A stretch of DNA of 64,000 bases from Podarcis liolepis (taxonomy: Eukaryota): assembly GCA_965112155.1 (NCBI GenBank), contig OZ218100.1; one strand, written 5' to 3'. Within the stretch, counting starts at the first letter, position 1. Every line of letters begins with the position of its first letter. The notes under the pieces are model-generated. The model searched no databases. It had not been told where the DNA came from and saw only the letters and a program-made list of their open reading frames with translations. This document shows positions 25,701 through 39,615 of this stretch, in pieces. Both the position numbers and the translations under genes were made by a program.

Positions 25701-27023
25701 TTTAGTGTGGCAGCACCTACACTTTGGAATTGACCTCAGATAGGCGTCTTCACTGTGCTCTTTTCAGCACCTGCTAAGCACATTTTTTGCTTAGACAAGT
25801 CTTCCCAGATATGTAGAATATTTGCATGCCTTTAAATATCCCTTTATCACTCCCTTTATCACTCACTGTCAGTCACACTGGACTTTGCCAACTGTGGGAT
25901 TCTGTTCCTCCCAGTGTGGGCCACTTGTAAATGCAGAAACCAAGGAAAAGTTTATCTTGATTGCGACAAACTCTTATCTCAAGCTGATCCCTTCCTCTTC
26001 ACCTTCAAACAGGCCCCTTCAACTCCATCTTCCTGCAGTCATCTTTCAAGTTGGATTCTTACTGTCTCCCTCTCCGCCATACCTTTAACCAAAGTGCTCC
26101 ATCTTCATATCTGCTTAACTTCACCTTAGCACAACAGGGAAAACCAAACAAAAAAAGTCATTGTTGTAAAAGCAGCCTTGTGGAGCTATGAGGGCTTGAG
26201 CAGGAGGGCTTGCTTCTTGTTCTGTGAACTGCCCTGAGACCTCCGGTATAGGGCAGTATATTATTATTATTATTATTAATAATAATAATAATGATAATAA
26301 TAATAATAGAGAGAGGGTCAGAAAGGAGCTTTTATGGGTGAGTGGTGACCACTGGAGATAGTAGCCACTGTTTGTCATCTGCTGCTTCCCCCCCCCCCAT
26401 CACCTGAACTTTGATTCACAGGCTCCTGATTGAGCAAGCCCTTGAACCTGGTGCCAAGGCTCAATATCAGCTAATGGATATCTCTTCCAATCTCAGTGAT
26501 ACAATCTCTGGTTGGCCACTTTGGAGGGGTTGAGTGAATGCTGGCTTCAACTGATCATTAGTTTGATCCAGGAATTAATAGCAATCCTTATATTCTCATG
26601 TTTCCAATTACATAATAGAAGTTATCTTATAATTTGTTTGTGTTGTTATCTGTAAGATTATACATTTTCCCCCTTAAATTTTTTAATGGTTGATTTCTAC
26701 TATTTTTATTTGCAGTGTGTCCACCATAGAGAATTTCCTACTCCCAATTGCAGTCTTCTCTGTGGAGGCTGTCATCACCCTGGCTTCAAACTCAGAAAAG
26801 AGGAGGAGGAGGAGCCAGCTGAGTTGAGGGCTGCTGTACCACTAGCTGGGGAACTGGACTGGGTTCCTGATGCTAGTGATTCAGAGTCAACAGAACTTGA
26901 GACAGATGGTCTGGAAACCTCAGCCTCTGAGTCTGGTGGCCCAGAATCTGCAGAGCCTAATCTGGGACTCTCACAGGTGCTCAATGATGCAGGCAATGAA
27001 CCAGGCAAGTGGTTAAAGTAAAG

Positions 27024-27099
27024 TAAAATAAAATAAAATAAAATAAAATAAAATAAAATAAAATAAAATAAAATAAAATAAAATAAAATAAAATAAAAT
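27024..27099. repeat. (AAAAT)n microsatellite
   Basis: about 15 units. Confidence 0.97.
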
Positions 27100-27320
27100 G
27101 TCAAGGCCAATGGGGTGGAGCTTGGGAAATGTAAACTGGAAGATAAAACTGACATGGTCTCAGCTCACCTCTGGCCATTGTTGGAGCTATCAGTGATATT
27201 GCAGCCCATGGCCTGCCTTTCCCCCTGATGCAGATGGGTCAAAACATCAGCCAGGAAATCCCCCATAAATTATGCATCCATTCCCTTCTATGGAAGAATA
27301 AAAGGGTCACTTAGAGACTC

Positions 27321-29410
27321 TAATAATAATAATAATAATAAATTTTATTTATATCCCGCCCTCCCCAGCCGAAGCCGGGCTCAGGGCGGCTAACAACGAT
27401 CAAAATAGTTTAACATTCTAAAACATTCATTATAAAATTAATTAAATCAAATTAAAATCAAATTAATGGCAACCATCAAGCAAAATTTTGTGCAGATTGC
27501 CAGAGGAGGGGGTCAGGCTGCGCCCTGACAGAAGGCCTGGTGGAACAGCTCTGTCTTGCAGGCCCTGCGGAAGGATGTCAGGTCCTGCAGGGCCCTAGAC
27601 TCTTGTGACAGAGCGTTCCACCAGATTGGAGCCGCGGCCGAGAAGGCCCTGGCTCTAGTTGAGGCCAGCCTAGCCTCTCTGAGGCCTGGGATCTTTAGGG
27701 TGTTTTTATTTGCAGACCGTAAATTTCTCTGTGGGACATACCAGGAGAGGCGGTCCCGTAGGTACGAGGGTCCTAGGCCGTATAGGGCTTTAAAGGTTAA
27801 AACCAGCACCTTAAACCTGATCCTGTACTCCACCGGGAGCCAGTGCAGCTGGTACAGCACCGGATGGATATGATCTCGCAGCGAAGACCCCGTAAGGAGT
27901 CTCGCCGCGGCATTCTGCACCCGCTGGAGTTTCTGGGTCAGTCTCAAGGGCAGCCCCACATAGAGCGAGTTACAATAATCCAGTCTGGAGGTGACCGTCG
28001 CGTGGATCACAGTGGCTAGGTCAGGGTGAGAGAGATAAGGAGCCAACTGCTTAGCTTGGCGGAGATGAAAAAATGCCGCCTTTGTTATAGCTGTAATCTA
28101 CGCCTCCATAGAGAGGGAGGTATCGAAGATTACACCCAAACTCTTCACGGACGATGCTGGCACTAATTGCACCCCCGCAAGAGATGGGAGTTGCCCCCTC
28201 AATCCCATATCGCTCCGTCCCAGCCAGAGGACCTCTGTCTTCGAAGGGTTTAACTTCAACCGGCTCCCACGTAACCATCCAGCCACAGCTTCCAGACATC
28301 TGGTCAGTGTATCTGGGGCCGAGTCAGGATGGCCATCCATCAACAGATAGAGTTGGGTGTCATCGGCATACTGATGGCAACCCAGCCCAAAACTCCGGAC
28401 AAGCTGGGCGAGGGGGCGCATAAAGATGTTAAAAAGCATCGGGGAGAGAATCGCACCCTGAGGCACTCCACACACCAAGGAGTGGCGCGATGACAATTCC
28501 CCCCCCAAGCGCCACCCTCTGTCCCCGACCGGAGAGAAACGAGCGCAGCCATTGAAGGACTGTGCCCTGGATCCCCACGTCGGCAAGGCGGCGGTCCAGG
28601 AGTTCGTGATCGACCATGTCGAAGGCTGCTGACAGGTCTAGAAGAATCAGCAGCCCCGACCCGCCTCGATCCAGCTGCCTGCGGAGATCATCTGTTAGGG
28701 CGACCAGAGCCGTCTCGGTCCCATTACCAGCGCGGAAGCCGGACTGGAATGGATCGAGAGCAGATGTTTCATCCAGAAACCTACCAAGCTGTTCAGCAAC
28801 CGCTCTCTCAATCACCTTACCCAGGAATGGAAGATTCGAAACCGGGCGGTAATTGGATAGATCTAAAGGATCTAATGATGTTTTCTTTAAGAGCGGACGC
28901 ACCACTGCCTCCTTCAGTTCCCCTGGGAATATCCCAGTGCCAAGGGACAAATTGATGATATCACCCAGGGGGGCCCGCACCTCGTCTGGACACGCTCTAA
29001 TCAGCCAGGACGGGCACGGGTCAAGAGGACACGTGGTGGGCTTTCCAGCTTGGAGGAGTCTGTCCACATCGGCTGGGGATATCCGGTCAAAGTGGTCCAA
29101 TACTGGACCCGAGGACAGTCGAGGGGCCTCCAGTTCCTTCATTGTATCCAAATTGGCAGGGAGGTCATGGCGGAGCAACAGGACCTTCTCCGCAAAAGAG
29201 CTCGCAAATGCCTCGCAGCTGTGTGTCGAATTGTTATTTAAATTTGGCTGTCCTTCGAGGGACGTTAAAGACCTAATTATACTAAATAATTGTGCCGGGC
29301 GAGAGCTAGCAGAGGCAATGGAGGCCGAGAAGTAGGACTTCTTAGCGGCCTTCACTGCCATCTCGTAGGTTTTCATAAAAACCCTATAAGATGTTCTTGA
29401 AGCTCCGTCT
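27321..29410 (-). mobile_element. 5'-truncated L2-clade LINE, ORF2 reverse transcriptase region
   Basis: ORFs 29376-28429, 28586-28098 and 28046-27513 join into an RT with NYRPVSNLPFLGK, QSGFR, LDLSAAFD, GVPQGAILSP, YADD, and the L2 C-terminus SRLDYCN...QNAAARL...LHWLPV; (TAA)n tail; one frameshift in the poly-C at ~28500 and one TAG at 28098. Confidence 0.95.
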
Positions 29411-30213
29411 CTCTAAACTAAACTAACTGGTGTCCCCACCAGCATCAGGTTGTATCCCTTCTCAACACTGTCCACTGTTGCATCCCATTCATTTTGTCCA
29501 CACAAGGGGAGCCACAGGACTCAAAGGGAGCCACTGGGAATTCAGTCTATTTCTGCTTCCCTGATTCCACCATTTCCTTTGCAGAGGCCAACTTTGCCTT
29601 CCACTTCACAGTCATGTTTGTGTATGATAGAACCCAGGAAACTGACTTCTGTCTACCTATCCATCCATCTGAGCAAAGAAGCCTCTTTTCCAATCTGTTT
29701 TTGGGTCATAAAATTGTCAAGCTGTCAGTTGCTTGTTTATTGTATTAACTAATCATTTTAATTATATTTAAGACGTGAACAATAATTTTTCCTGTGATTT
29801 ATTCTGCTTTGCAATAGTCGTTAGAATATAGCTTAGATTGCACGGAAGTCTTCTGTTATGTGCTGCATACATTAACCTTTCATTGGTGTGTGTTTTGAAA
29901 TCTTACATTCATCCAAAGAATTCAAATACGTCATTAATGGGTACTTGCAAATTTTGGCCTAAATGGCTTTTTCATCAGACTCGAGAAGAGGGAGATGTAG
30001 TGTAAAACCATTTCAAGGTTTCTCTCGGTGTTTTCTATATTTTATTTCCAAAACTAAAGGAAGGAGAAAAGTGTTCTATAAAACTTATTATAAAATGCCT
30101 TTTATAAAACCGCCTTTCACAACAGCTTAAACTACAACATTAAAGCAATTGAAACAAATTGCAATCACAAGATTATTAAAATGTTAAAACAACACTATGT
30201 AACACTAACAAGG

Positions 30214-30216
<3 letters not shown>

Positions 30217-30253
<37 letters not shown>
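30217..30253. repeat. (TG)n microsatellite
   Basis: read directly from sequence. Confidence 0.97.
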
Positions 30254-30258
<5 letters not shown>

Positions 30259-32571
30259 ATTTCTCACCATTCTTTTTATAGTTCAATTGTCAAATTTGAG
30301 GCTCATGTGTCCTTATGTAGTGCTTGGTCCAAAAGTCGGATAGGGAGAGGTGTTTGATTTTGAACCAATAGAAAAATTCTGAAAATTTAAACACCATGCA
30401 TAGACTTAGTGCATGAATTTTGTCGGCAACAGATAGCCCTCCCTGTCTTGGAAAGCAGCAGTGTGACTGCTGAGAGGACATCCCTGCTGCACCATCCTCC
30501 CTCACATGTCACTGTTTTCTGAGAGACCGCATGCCTCTGAAATGCTTCCCCAGGTTTGCTCCAAGAGGCTCCTTTGCTGCTTACCAGGAAGGAGAGGTGG
30601 AGGGACAAGGTGACAAAGAGGATAGCCTGGTGCAAGCACACCATCAGGAGGGCCAGATGGGCTCTGCTGGGGCACTTGCACCTCATCGCTCCCCCTTTTC
30701 TCCCACGTCAGCAGCAGCAACTCAGTTATCAGGAGGGATCACTGCCATCCCACCATGCCATCCACAACTGCTCTAGAGCATGAGCAAACTAGTGCTGCTC
30801 CCTAGAAGCTGATTCAGAGCAATCTGAACCCTGGCTGACTGGAGCTCCTTTCCTGTGGAGGGATCCAGATGTACATAGGCCCCTATCAGATTGAAGCCAA
30901 TTCCATGTCAGCCAGGGGCATGGTTGAGATGTGCCTAGGCATCAAGAGAACAGAGCTAGGCTGCACATCCTTAAGAGCATTTGTACAGAATGCCTGAAGT
31001 GGGGTTATGATCATATGTGGTCAGGATTTTCTCTAAGGGTTCAAAGAAGCCCTGAAGGCCTCTACTCTCTGTGAGAACTAATCTTTGCAGCAAGTCCTAG
31101 ATATCTTCTTTCTGGTGAGTGACAAGCTCAGTGTTCCACTACATTTTACTGTGTGCATCAACCAATGGACCTTCCATTCTACTTCTTCCCTCAGTTTCTT
31201 CATTCAGTAACCAGGATCTATGTTTCTTCTCATCTCTCACTTCTAGGAAATCCACTTTCCTTCATCTGCTGTTAGGCATTTAATAAATCATAAATGACAG
31301 TATTGGGATGGGAAAATGATGTACAAGCTTTCTGGTCTGAATCTCAAACAGAGCTAGAGATTTTGCCAGTCTGGGAGTTAGAATGTCTTTAACTAGAGAT
31401 AGAGAGGTATGAGGATTCCTACCATACTTCCATGTGGGTCCTAAGTGCCATCAGAACTCCAGTACATCTCTTACATTTGGAGCCACTTGGTGAGCCCCTA
31501 CTTATTTCAAGGCTATGGCTCTTCTCAACTATAGGCATATTTATTTATACTCCTGCCACTTAGCCCGCCAATGGGGTCTGCTGCTCCAGACTTTACAGAC
31601 CTCCTTCCTTCTTATCTGTTTCCTCCCTCTTTGATGATCCTTGCCATCCACTTTTACTCAGGTGCACTCTCTCATTTTCTTATTTCACACAGGTAATGTT
31701 CTTTCCCCTTATTCTTGCTTCAGTAAATGTCTTACTTGTATCTCTTGTTACTTTCCTTGGTTCTTGCCTGTTTACTACCTGGCTTCCCACTTGTTTCTCT
31801 TCCTCCTCCATTTCCTGCTCATTATCACCCACCTGCAGTTCCCCTGCCTTCATTCAGTCATTCCTCCACCTTTTCTCCTGCATGCCTGATTCCTGCCCTA
31901 CTGTCACATGCATGTACACACATGCTTTTACCTTCCTCTCTCATGAGCATCCATTAATCCTCACTTGCCTCCATTGCCACATTTCCAACTCTGACTTCCT
32001 TCCCTGTGTGTCTATTTGTCATTTCTCTTCACATTCTCAGTGGCTGAAACCAACCCCCAATGCGTCTCTCGACCCACCTCTGTCAGGCTGCGCTGCATCC
32101 TCAGTGAACTCTTCCTGTGGCATAACTTTCAATTTGACCAGCTCACCTTCCGGCTGGACTGCCAGCAACTCAGTGCACTGGAGAGGATGCCTTCATGACC
32201 TCTCCTCACATGGACATACCATCCATACACAATCTCCCTCAGTGTTAAAGCCTACAATATACCAGAAGGAAGGCCCAGGTAGATATTTAGGCACCAGGCA
32301 AAAACAGTTCTCTATAACCAGGCTTTTGGCCTTTTAAATGTGCTTGTGGGAGGAAGGTTACTGTCTGTTCTCATTTTATTATGTATTTTGTGTTCTCATG
32401 TTTATGTTGTGAACTGCCCTGTGATCTTTGGATGAAGGGAGGTATACAAATTTAAATTAACTAACTAACAATTCCAGATTGATATTACTTTCATATTTTC
32501 AGGAGGGGGGGTGCGGAGAGCAGGGTTTGTCTCCTGCACTTTTTTACCTTAAGTTGCGATTATTCTTCCTT

Positions 32572-32938
32572 TGCCAAAGAACTGATGCTTATGGTGCTGG
32601 AGGAGACTCTTGAGAGTCCCATGGACTGCAAGAAGATCAAACCTCTCCATTCTTAAGGAAATCAGCCCTGAGTGCTCACTGGAAGGACAGATCCTGAAGC
32701 TGAGGCTCCAATCCTTTGGCCACCTCATAAGAAGAGAAGACTCCCTGGAAAAGACCCTGATGTTGGGAAAGATTGAGGGCACAAGGAGAAGGGGATGACA
32801 GAGGATGAGATTGTTGGACAGTGTTCTCAAAGCTACTAACACGAGTTTGACCAAACTGTGGGAGGCAGTGGGAGACAGGAGTGCCTGGCGGGCTCTGGTC
32901 CATGGGGTCACGAAGAGTCAGACATGACTAAACAACAA
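32572..32938 (+). mobile_element. BovB/RTE LINE 3' fragment
   Basis: RVPWTARRSNLSILKEISPECSLEGQILKLRLQSFGHLIRREDSLEKTLMLGKIEG; (CAA) tail; TSD attcttcctt/attcttgctt. Confidence 0.92.
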
Positions 32939-35900
32939 ATTCTTGCTTCTACACTTTTTAAACAAATAAATGGTTCACAGTCTAGTCCCTTGGTCACTCT
33001 TCCATGTGGTGGTGATTGTGGGGAAACCAAGCCATAGAGCTGTTGTTCTTCTAATCTTACTGGGGATCTTCATGCCTTGCGATACAGGTGAACAGCATAC
33101 CTACAAAGAGGGAGCTGGACCACATCCACTGGCTCCAATGTCCACTTGCTTTCTTGTTCTGCCTCCAAGGACTGCCGATTAAGTAGACTGTTGGAAACTA
33201 GAGAATATGTCATTGTTTTGTGTGCATAGGCAATCTCCCCAGTCAGGAACAGACAAGATGCCTATTTGGGAATATACCTCATGCTGATATGTTGTCCTTT
33301 CCAATGGTCTGCTGAATTCATGGACATCAATGGGGAGAGGAGCACACTAACATTGAGGGTAGAGCCAGCACTATGTATGCAGTGCACATGTGTAGCTCTA
33401 ACATGGGAACAGCCCTATGGTAAATGTTTTTCTTGTGGCCCAAAAGACTGCTTCAATAGAAAGTTGCAACGTACAATCAAGCTCAAGTCTCCCACCACTG
33501 ACTGTTTCAGCTACTGCAGCAAGTATCATTGAAACTTCAAGTGCAACACAAAGGATTTTCTCTATCTTCACCATAAATCTGACTGAGCGGCAGACATTAC
33601 ACCTTTTGAAAGTCAAATCAATGTTTACACAGTGCACTTCTTTCCATTTAGCAGTTTTTAAATGCTCACATAAATTAATAGATAAACTTGTTAGCATCGG
33701 CAGAAAAAAAATCTAATTAGTTTGTTGATATAAATTGTAACTCAGCAGGAAATTTGGGATTGCAAAAATAATCACACAGTTTTAGTTGTTGACAGTTGCA
33801 ATGCTTTAAATCAATTATTTTCACAACTCTCATAAAACACCAGAGAGTGAGTTTGCTGAATACCCTTACTTAGCACCACAATGCAGCTATTTTAGGATAG
33901 CTTAATTCTGCATTGTATCTTGGCACCTTTTCCTTCCAAGGCCTTGTTTACACACATGAGAACATGTAAACCAAACGTTTATGTGAACCACTTATCTGGG
34001 ATTGCTAAGATTGCCATAGTCACACTAGCTTCAAGCAGGAGTGGTGCAATTGTGACAGATTTGTATAACGAAGTATTTCTGCTCATTTGCAGCTTCCTCC
34101 ATGCAAACAGTAACAAATGTCAGCCTGTTTTCTAGTATGAAGGTTAGTGGCTCCCTCACATTTGAACCATTGTGAGCCTGCAATGCATGGTCAGATATGA
34201 AGAAGTCATACAGTTTTAAGTAAATGTAAGCATTGGAGTTGGGCAACAGCTAAAGGCTTTAAGGTTGGCTGCTTGCAGCTTATAGGTATCTAATAGTGCT
34301 AAAATGGAATGCTAAGCAGTGCTAAATATTATACCTGTTTTCAGTATAGAATGGAGTTCCTTTACTGCTTGTTGGAGTTGTTCTCTTGCCTACATTTGCT
34401 GGTTTTTCAGCTTAAACCTGATTACTCTTATATTTCATAGTTCTATGTTGTTTTGGGTAAAAAAAAACCCACACCCACCATTTTTAATTTTTAAGGTGGT
34501 GGTGACACTAATCCATTTGATTTTGTCATTATGGATTTCATGCTAACAGATCATCATGATTAATCATGTGCTTTCATTGAAACCTCAAAAGCTTTGAAAC
34601 CCCCAGCTTTTCCCAGGCATTGCAGTTCCAGTGCATAGCTGGCATGTTAGTTTAGGAAGAAGTGCTCAGAGCTACACTACATATTACACTGTCCATTTGC
34701 AAGCAACTTAACTCTGAATACTGAAGGTTCCCTATACATTGCCTAGGGACAAGCTGAAACGACGAAAAGTTTGAAGCACTTAACATTATTACACTCCTGG
34801 GAAAGTGGATGTTCCAAAGTAATATTAATAAATGATTAGTGAATGAAAGGGGGGGGAGTTCCATGGCTTCCTCTGGATTTTGTGTTGAAAGTTTTCACTT
34901 GTGAACATTCAACACACCTGTAAGTCACATTGGGAACCCGTTGATAGAGTGGAGTAAGAGGCAGAATGGACCTTTTTAAAATAAATAAAATAATAAAATA
35001 TGTGGCAGGTACATGTGAGGGAGACACTGCCCTGTCCCTAAAATGAATGTACAAACTTCTGGCAATGCCTACACTGTTTCTGAGTTTCAGGAATGCTATC
35101 AGTATATACCCAAGCAAACCTCAAAAAAATGACTGAATGCAAAGGAGAAAAACAGGCTTCAATACAATGACTCTAAGACGGCTCCCTCATTGATGGGGAA
35201 ATGTCATTAATGGTTGACTTGTTAATAGTATGAGCTCATACAGATGGCCAGGCACCTACAAGCACACCAAGTCTTCTCATCAAAGGGCCTCTTTGGCTTA
35301 AACTAGTGTTCTGACTGGGAAGGAGAAATATAAAGGTGAAATGCTCTCCTTGAACAAATGTGTAATCTTTCATATTTGCATGTGAAACATCAAAGCCCCA
35401 CCATCTTGGCTGTCCTCACCATTGCATAATTGGATGTAGATAGTCATTTGGCCATCTGCACTGGCTCATCTCAGGACAGCTGAGACCAGAGCGCTTAGAT
35501 ATCCTATCCCATCTAGATGTGACTATGAATAGACACACCTTTATTTGAGGGTCAACCTTTAACCCTTCTATTTTACCTTCACAGTTGGAAAACTGAACAG
35601 CAGAGCATGGTGCTAGCTGATAGAGCTTGTACAGTGACTATCGGCTGGGAAGCATTCCATGCATTCCACTGGCAATTTACCGCATAATACATCTTTTCCA
35701 GAGCTAGTGGCTGGCCAGCTGCTTTGTCCTGCTAAAGGACAGATTTGAGGGCATTGTTTTTTCAACAATAGGAGATGGGCTGGGCTGGCTGTGACTCTGC
35801 CACGGGGAATATAAAGCATCATCACCCATTTTGCTGCAGCTGCTGAGCTCATTATAAACCACGCTCTTCTCTGGATCCAGCAGATGAACATGGGAATTCA

Positions 35901-36332
35901 GTTAAATGCATTCTTTTATTAAGGGTGACTTAATTCCTGTTAGAATTTAGTGGACTTTGTTTATACACTGTCATGGCTAATTGCAGATGATTATGGGTGC
36001 AAAGGTCATCAGTTTCCTAGATAATGGGTAATATCAATGCCCCTGTGTTTTCATGTAATTCTTTTAATTGCTAATTTACTTATTTAGGAAAACTTGTACT
36101 GCAAGGCAGAATCTGGTCATTAGCTTCATGAAGCATTTTTAATTAACTTTCTTCAAGGGCAAAAGTAGACAGCATTGCACTCCAGATCTTGTGAACTATA
36201 ACTCCCACCAGCTCCAGCCACCATGATCAATGGCAAAGGATGATGGGGGTTATAGTCCACAACATTTGGAGAGCACAACATTGCCTATCCCAGCTCTGGA
36301 ACATAGAGGTTATGCTACTGATATACGTAACC

Positions 36333-36714
36333 TAGTAGTAGTAGTAGTAGTAGTAGTAATAGTAGTAATTTATTACTTATACCCCGCCCATCTGGCCCGG
36401 CCTCCCCAACCACTCTGGGTGGCTTCCAACAGGATATTAAAAACACAATAAAAGATAAAACATTAAAAACTTCCCTAAATAGGGCTGCCTTCAGATGCCT
36501 TCTAAAATCAGATAGATGTTTATTTCTTTGACATCTGATGGGAGGGTGTTCCACAGGGCGGGCGCCACTACCGAGAAGGCCCTCCGCCTGGTTCCCTGTA
36601 ACTTCACTTCTCGCAGTGAGGGAACCACCAGAAGGCCCTCAGAGAGGAACCTCAGTGCCTGGGCTGAACGATGGGTGTGGAGACGCTCCTTCAGGTATAC
36701 TGGGCTGAGGCCGT
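36333..36714 (-). mobile_element. L2 LINE 3' fragment
   Basis: minus-strand ...YLKERL...RRAFSVVAPALWNTLP; (TAG/TAA)n tail. Confidence 0.85.
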
Positions 36715-36819
36715 TACTTGGATGTTGCCAATATTCTCCCTCTATCCTTTCACAGGGGATTAATGGTCCTGCAGAAGTGTGTACATGTGACATTCAACCC
36801 AGTCTTTGTGGAAATTGGT

Positions 36820-36990
36820 ATTGCACAGCAACTGAGAGTGTGAGGAAGGCAGTCCCAGGTTCAAATGTCATCTCCAGCATGAACACACTGCATGACTTTA
36901 GGTGAGCCACTGACTCACAGCCTCTGTAATATACTGACATGATAAAAAGGATTGTTGTAATGTTTACTAAGATAACCTCTGCGAAACATT
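36820..36990 (+). mobile_element. old CORE/MIR-like SINE
   Basis: cccaggttcaaat B-box, tgactttaggtgagccact core-like stretch, ggattgttgtaa...taagata tail. Confidence 0.4.
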
Positions 36991-37584
36991 CTACAGGGCT
37001 ATGCAAATATGTTTGCATTATTTTTAAACATCAGCTTTATAAACCACTTCAATCTTTGGAGGATATGTAGTATTAACAGCCACAAACACAATATATAAAT
37101 AGATGGATAGATAGATGATAGATCGATCGATCGATTTGTATGTGGTGAGTGGTGCATAATTCCATCCAGCACTATGATGTTAACGTTTCTTATTTTGTTT
37201 TACTTCTTATATACTAGTTTATTGCTACTTTTATTCTACTTAGCTGCTTTTGTTTCACCTCTCTCTTTAAGATGCTCTTCCATATGCAGAACTGGAACAA
37301 ACATCTAGCACAATATTTTGTGTAAGGGTGGCTAGTATAGAATTTGATTGTCAGAGCTGGGAGTGGTTTACCCAACTGGAAACATGTTACACAGATTTGG
37401 CATGAACTGCACTGGCTGCCAGTTCCAAGTCTGATGTTTACAGATGAAGAAAGCCAAGTACAATTTGGCCACCTCTCTCTAAATCTGCTGTCCCAAGTTT
37501 TGAGATCTGATGGACAGACCCTTCTGAGGATCCAAACAGTGTGCTAACGTGGGGGCCTTCTTGGGACAAAGAGAAACTCAGCTA

Positions 37585-37835
37585 CAGTGGTACCTTGGTT
37601 TATGAACAGCTTAGTTCACAAAAAAATTGGAACTCAAACACCACAAACCTGGAAGTAGGTGTTCCGGTTTGTAAACTTTGTCATGGAAGCCGGATGTCCG
37701 GTGCGGCTTCCGCGGCTTCTGATTGGCTGCAGGACACTCCTGCAGCCAATCGGAAGCCGCGCCTTGGTTTCTGAACATTTCAGAATTTGAATGGACTTCC
37801 AGAAAGCATTCAGTTCGAAAACGAAGGTACGACTG
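37585..37835. mobile_element. Tigger/pogo-like MITE
   Basis: TA|CAGTGGTACCTTGGTTT ... AAACGAAGGTACGACTG|TA; internal hairpin gattggctgcagga-cac-tcctgcagccaatc. Confidence 0.8.
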
Positions 37836-39217
37836 TATTCTCCAAAATTCACACCTACCCCAATTTTTCAGTGCAGTTCTTCAGCCAAAAGATGGCAATG
37901 AAAATGCAACTGTTCGAGGAAAGTGTGCATGAAAATTCATATATAGTAGTATTTGGTGAAATTGCATAAAATGTATATATTAGGAGAAATGCATACTAAA
38001 ATGCTGGTGAATTTTTGTGAACACTTTTTTTTTTTTTTAAGTGAAGTGATGAGAAATGGGGCCAAAAGATGACTGGAAAAATGAGAAGACATATTCACTC
38101 ATGCCTAACTGCAGCCTTATTCTTTGGTTTTCTTTGCACTGCTTGGGAGGAAGAGGAGCAGATGGTAAACTATGATACACGGGGCAGTTTCAGGATTTGG
38201 GGTGAGTGGGCAGGCTATCAAGCAGGGACACCACATCTGAACTCCCCCCTCCCCAGGATTATATGCAAATACAGAATTCCGCCATACTACTTCTGATCTT
38301 CTTAGGTGCATTGTGGCAAGCGATAATGACAGCACACTTGGCGCAGTCTTGGGACCTCAAAAACTTCACCAGCCTAGGGAGCTAATCCTCACAGCAGCAT
38401 CTAGCTGTTTTAAAGAAACTGTACCTGACTCCCTCTGGCAGCAGCTGCAAATATGAAACCACTCTCAAATTTAAAACTGAGAATGAGTGCTCCTTTCTGT
38501 TCAAGAGGAAGCATTTTTTACAATCCCTGTGTTCTTTTTCTGGTGGCCATGCAGGCACAGTGTGTGTGTGCTTTAAAAGGGTTTAAAGAGCTGGTCTTTT
38601 CAAAGCATGATCAGATTGCCTCATTCTGTGGGTAGTCTTTGAGGCAAGCACCTTTGCAGCAGCATATGTGTGTCTCTGATCCTCCTTAAATAAGCAAGCT
38701 ATTCCTTCCACAAAATCGTTCCAGTCCCATTAAACGAGATGTTGTTTTAAAATGTATCTTTCAAATAAACTGCACCATAACTGTTGCATATGATGATCAT
38801 AATTCTGTGCTGAGAATCTGTTTGCAAAGTATATTGGCGATACTTAGGGCTATATTTCCAAACCTTATGCCTGCTTAACTGCTATTCTGGGGCACTGTTG
38901 CTAGCATTGCTCTGCAATTTGCACTTCCAGTTGGATGCAGCTAAACAGCAGTGTGTTTGGATAAGAAATGCAAATATTTAACTTACGGTGAAATAAGGCA
39001 TAAGCAGACATATTAGGAGAAGGCCTAGGTAAATAATTATCTGAAGTGGCTGTAGGAAAGCACAGTGTTTACTGTATTTGCCTGTATCTAACACTTGCAT
39101 AAATCCAACTGTTATTTAAATCCAAAGAAATTTAAACTGGATTTAGGTGATTACAAAACACACTTCCTCCAGGTGAAACATATTATTACACTAAGGGCAG
39201 CAATGAAGCTTAAAAAA

Positions 39218-39362
39218 NNNNNNNNNNNNNNNNNNNNNNNNNNNNNNNNNNNNNNNNNNNNNNNNNNNNNNNNNNNNNNNNNNNNNNNNNNNNNNNNNNN
39301 NNNNNNNNNNNNNNNNNNNNNNNNNNNNNNNNNNNNNNNNNNNNNNNNNNNNNNNNNNNNNN
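39218..39362. other. assembly gap (145 N)
   Basis: run of N. Confidence 1.
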
Positions 39363-39532
39363 ATGCTTCAGGTTACAGACTCCACTAACCCAGAAATAGT
39401 ATCTCAGGTTAAGAACTTTGCTTCAGGATGAGAACAGAAAGCGTGTGGCGGCAGCGGGAGGCCCCATTAGCTAAAGTGGTACCTCAGTTTAAGAACAGTT
39501 TCAGGTTAAGTTCTTAACCCGAGGTACCACTG
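39363..39532. mobile_element. right end of a Tigger-like MITE (left end in the gap)
   Basis: ...ttcttaacccGAGGTACCACTG|TA, followed by (ATAGC)n, (TC)n and (TA)n. Confidence 0.8.
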
Positions 39533-39579
39533 TATAGTATAGCATAGCATAGCATAGCATAGCATAGCATAGCATAGTA

Positions 39580-39615
<36 letters not shown>

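Noticed and set aside
26686-27021. Acidic 111-aa ORF (KEEEEEPAEL...)
   Set aside because: Low-complexity purine-rich LTR-like sequence ending in a microsatellite; no splice context or recognisable protein.
31696-32337. 213-aa ORF
   Set aside because: CT-rich low-complexity DNA depleted of stop codons; Ser/Leu/Cys/Phe-biased with no motif.
39095-39388. 97-aa ORF
   Set aside because: Spans the N gap; artefact.
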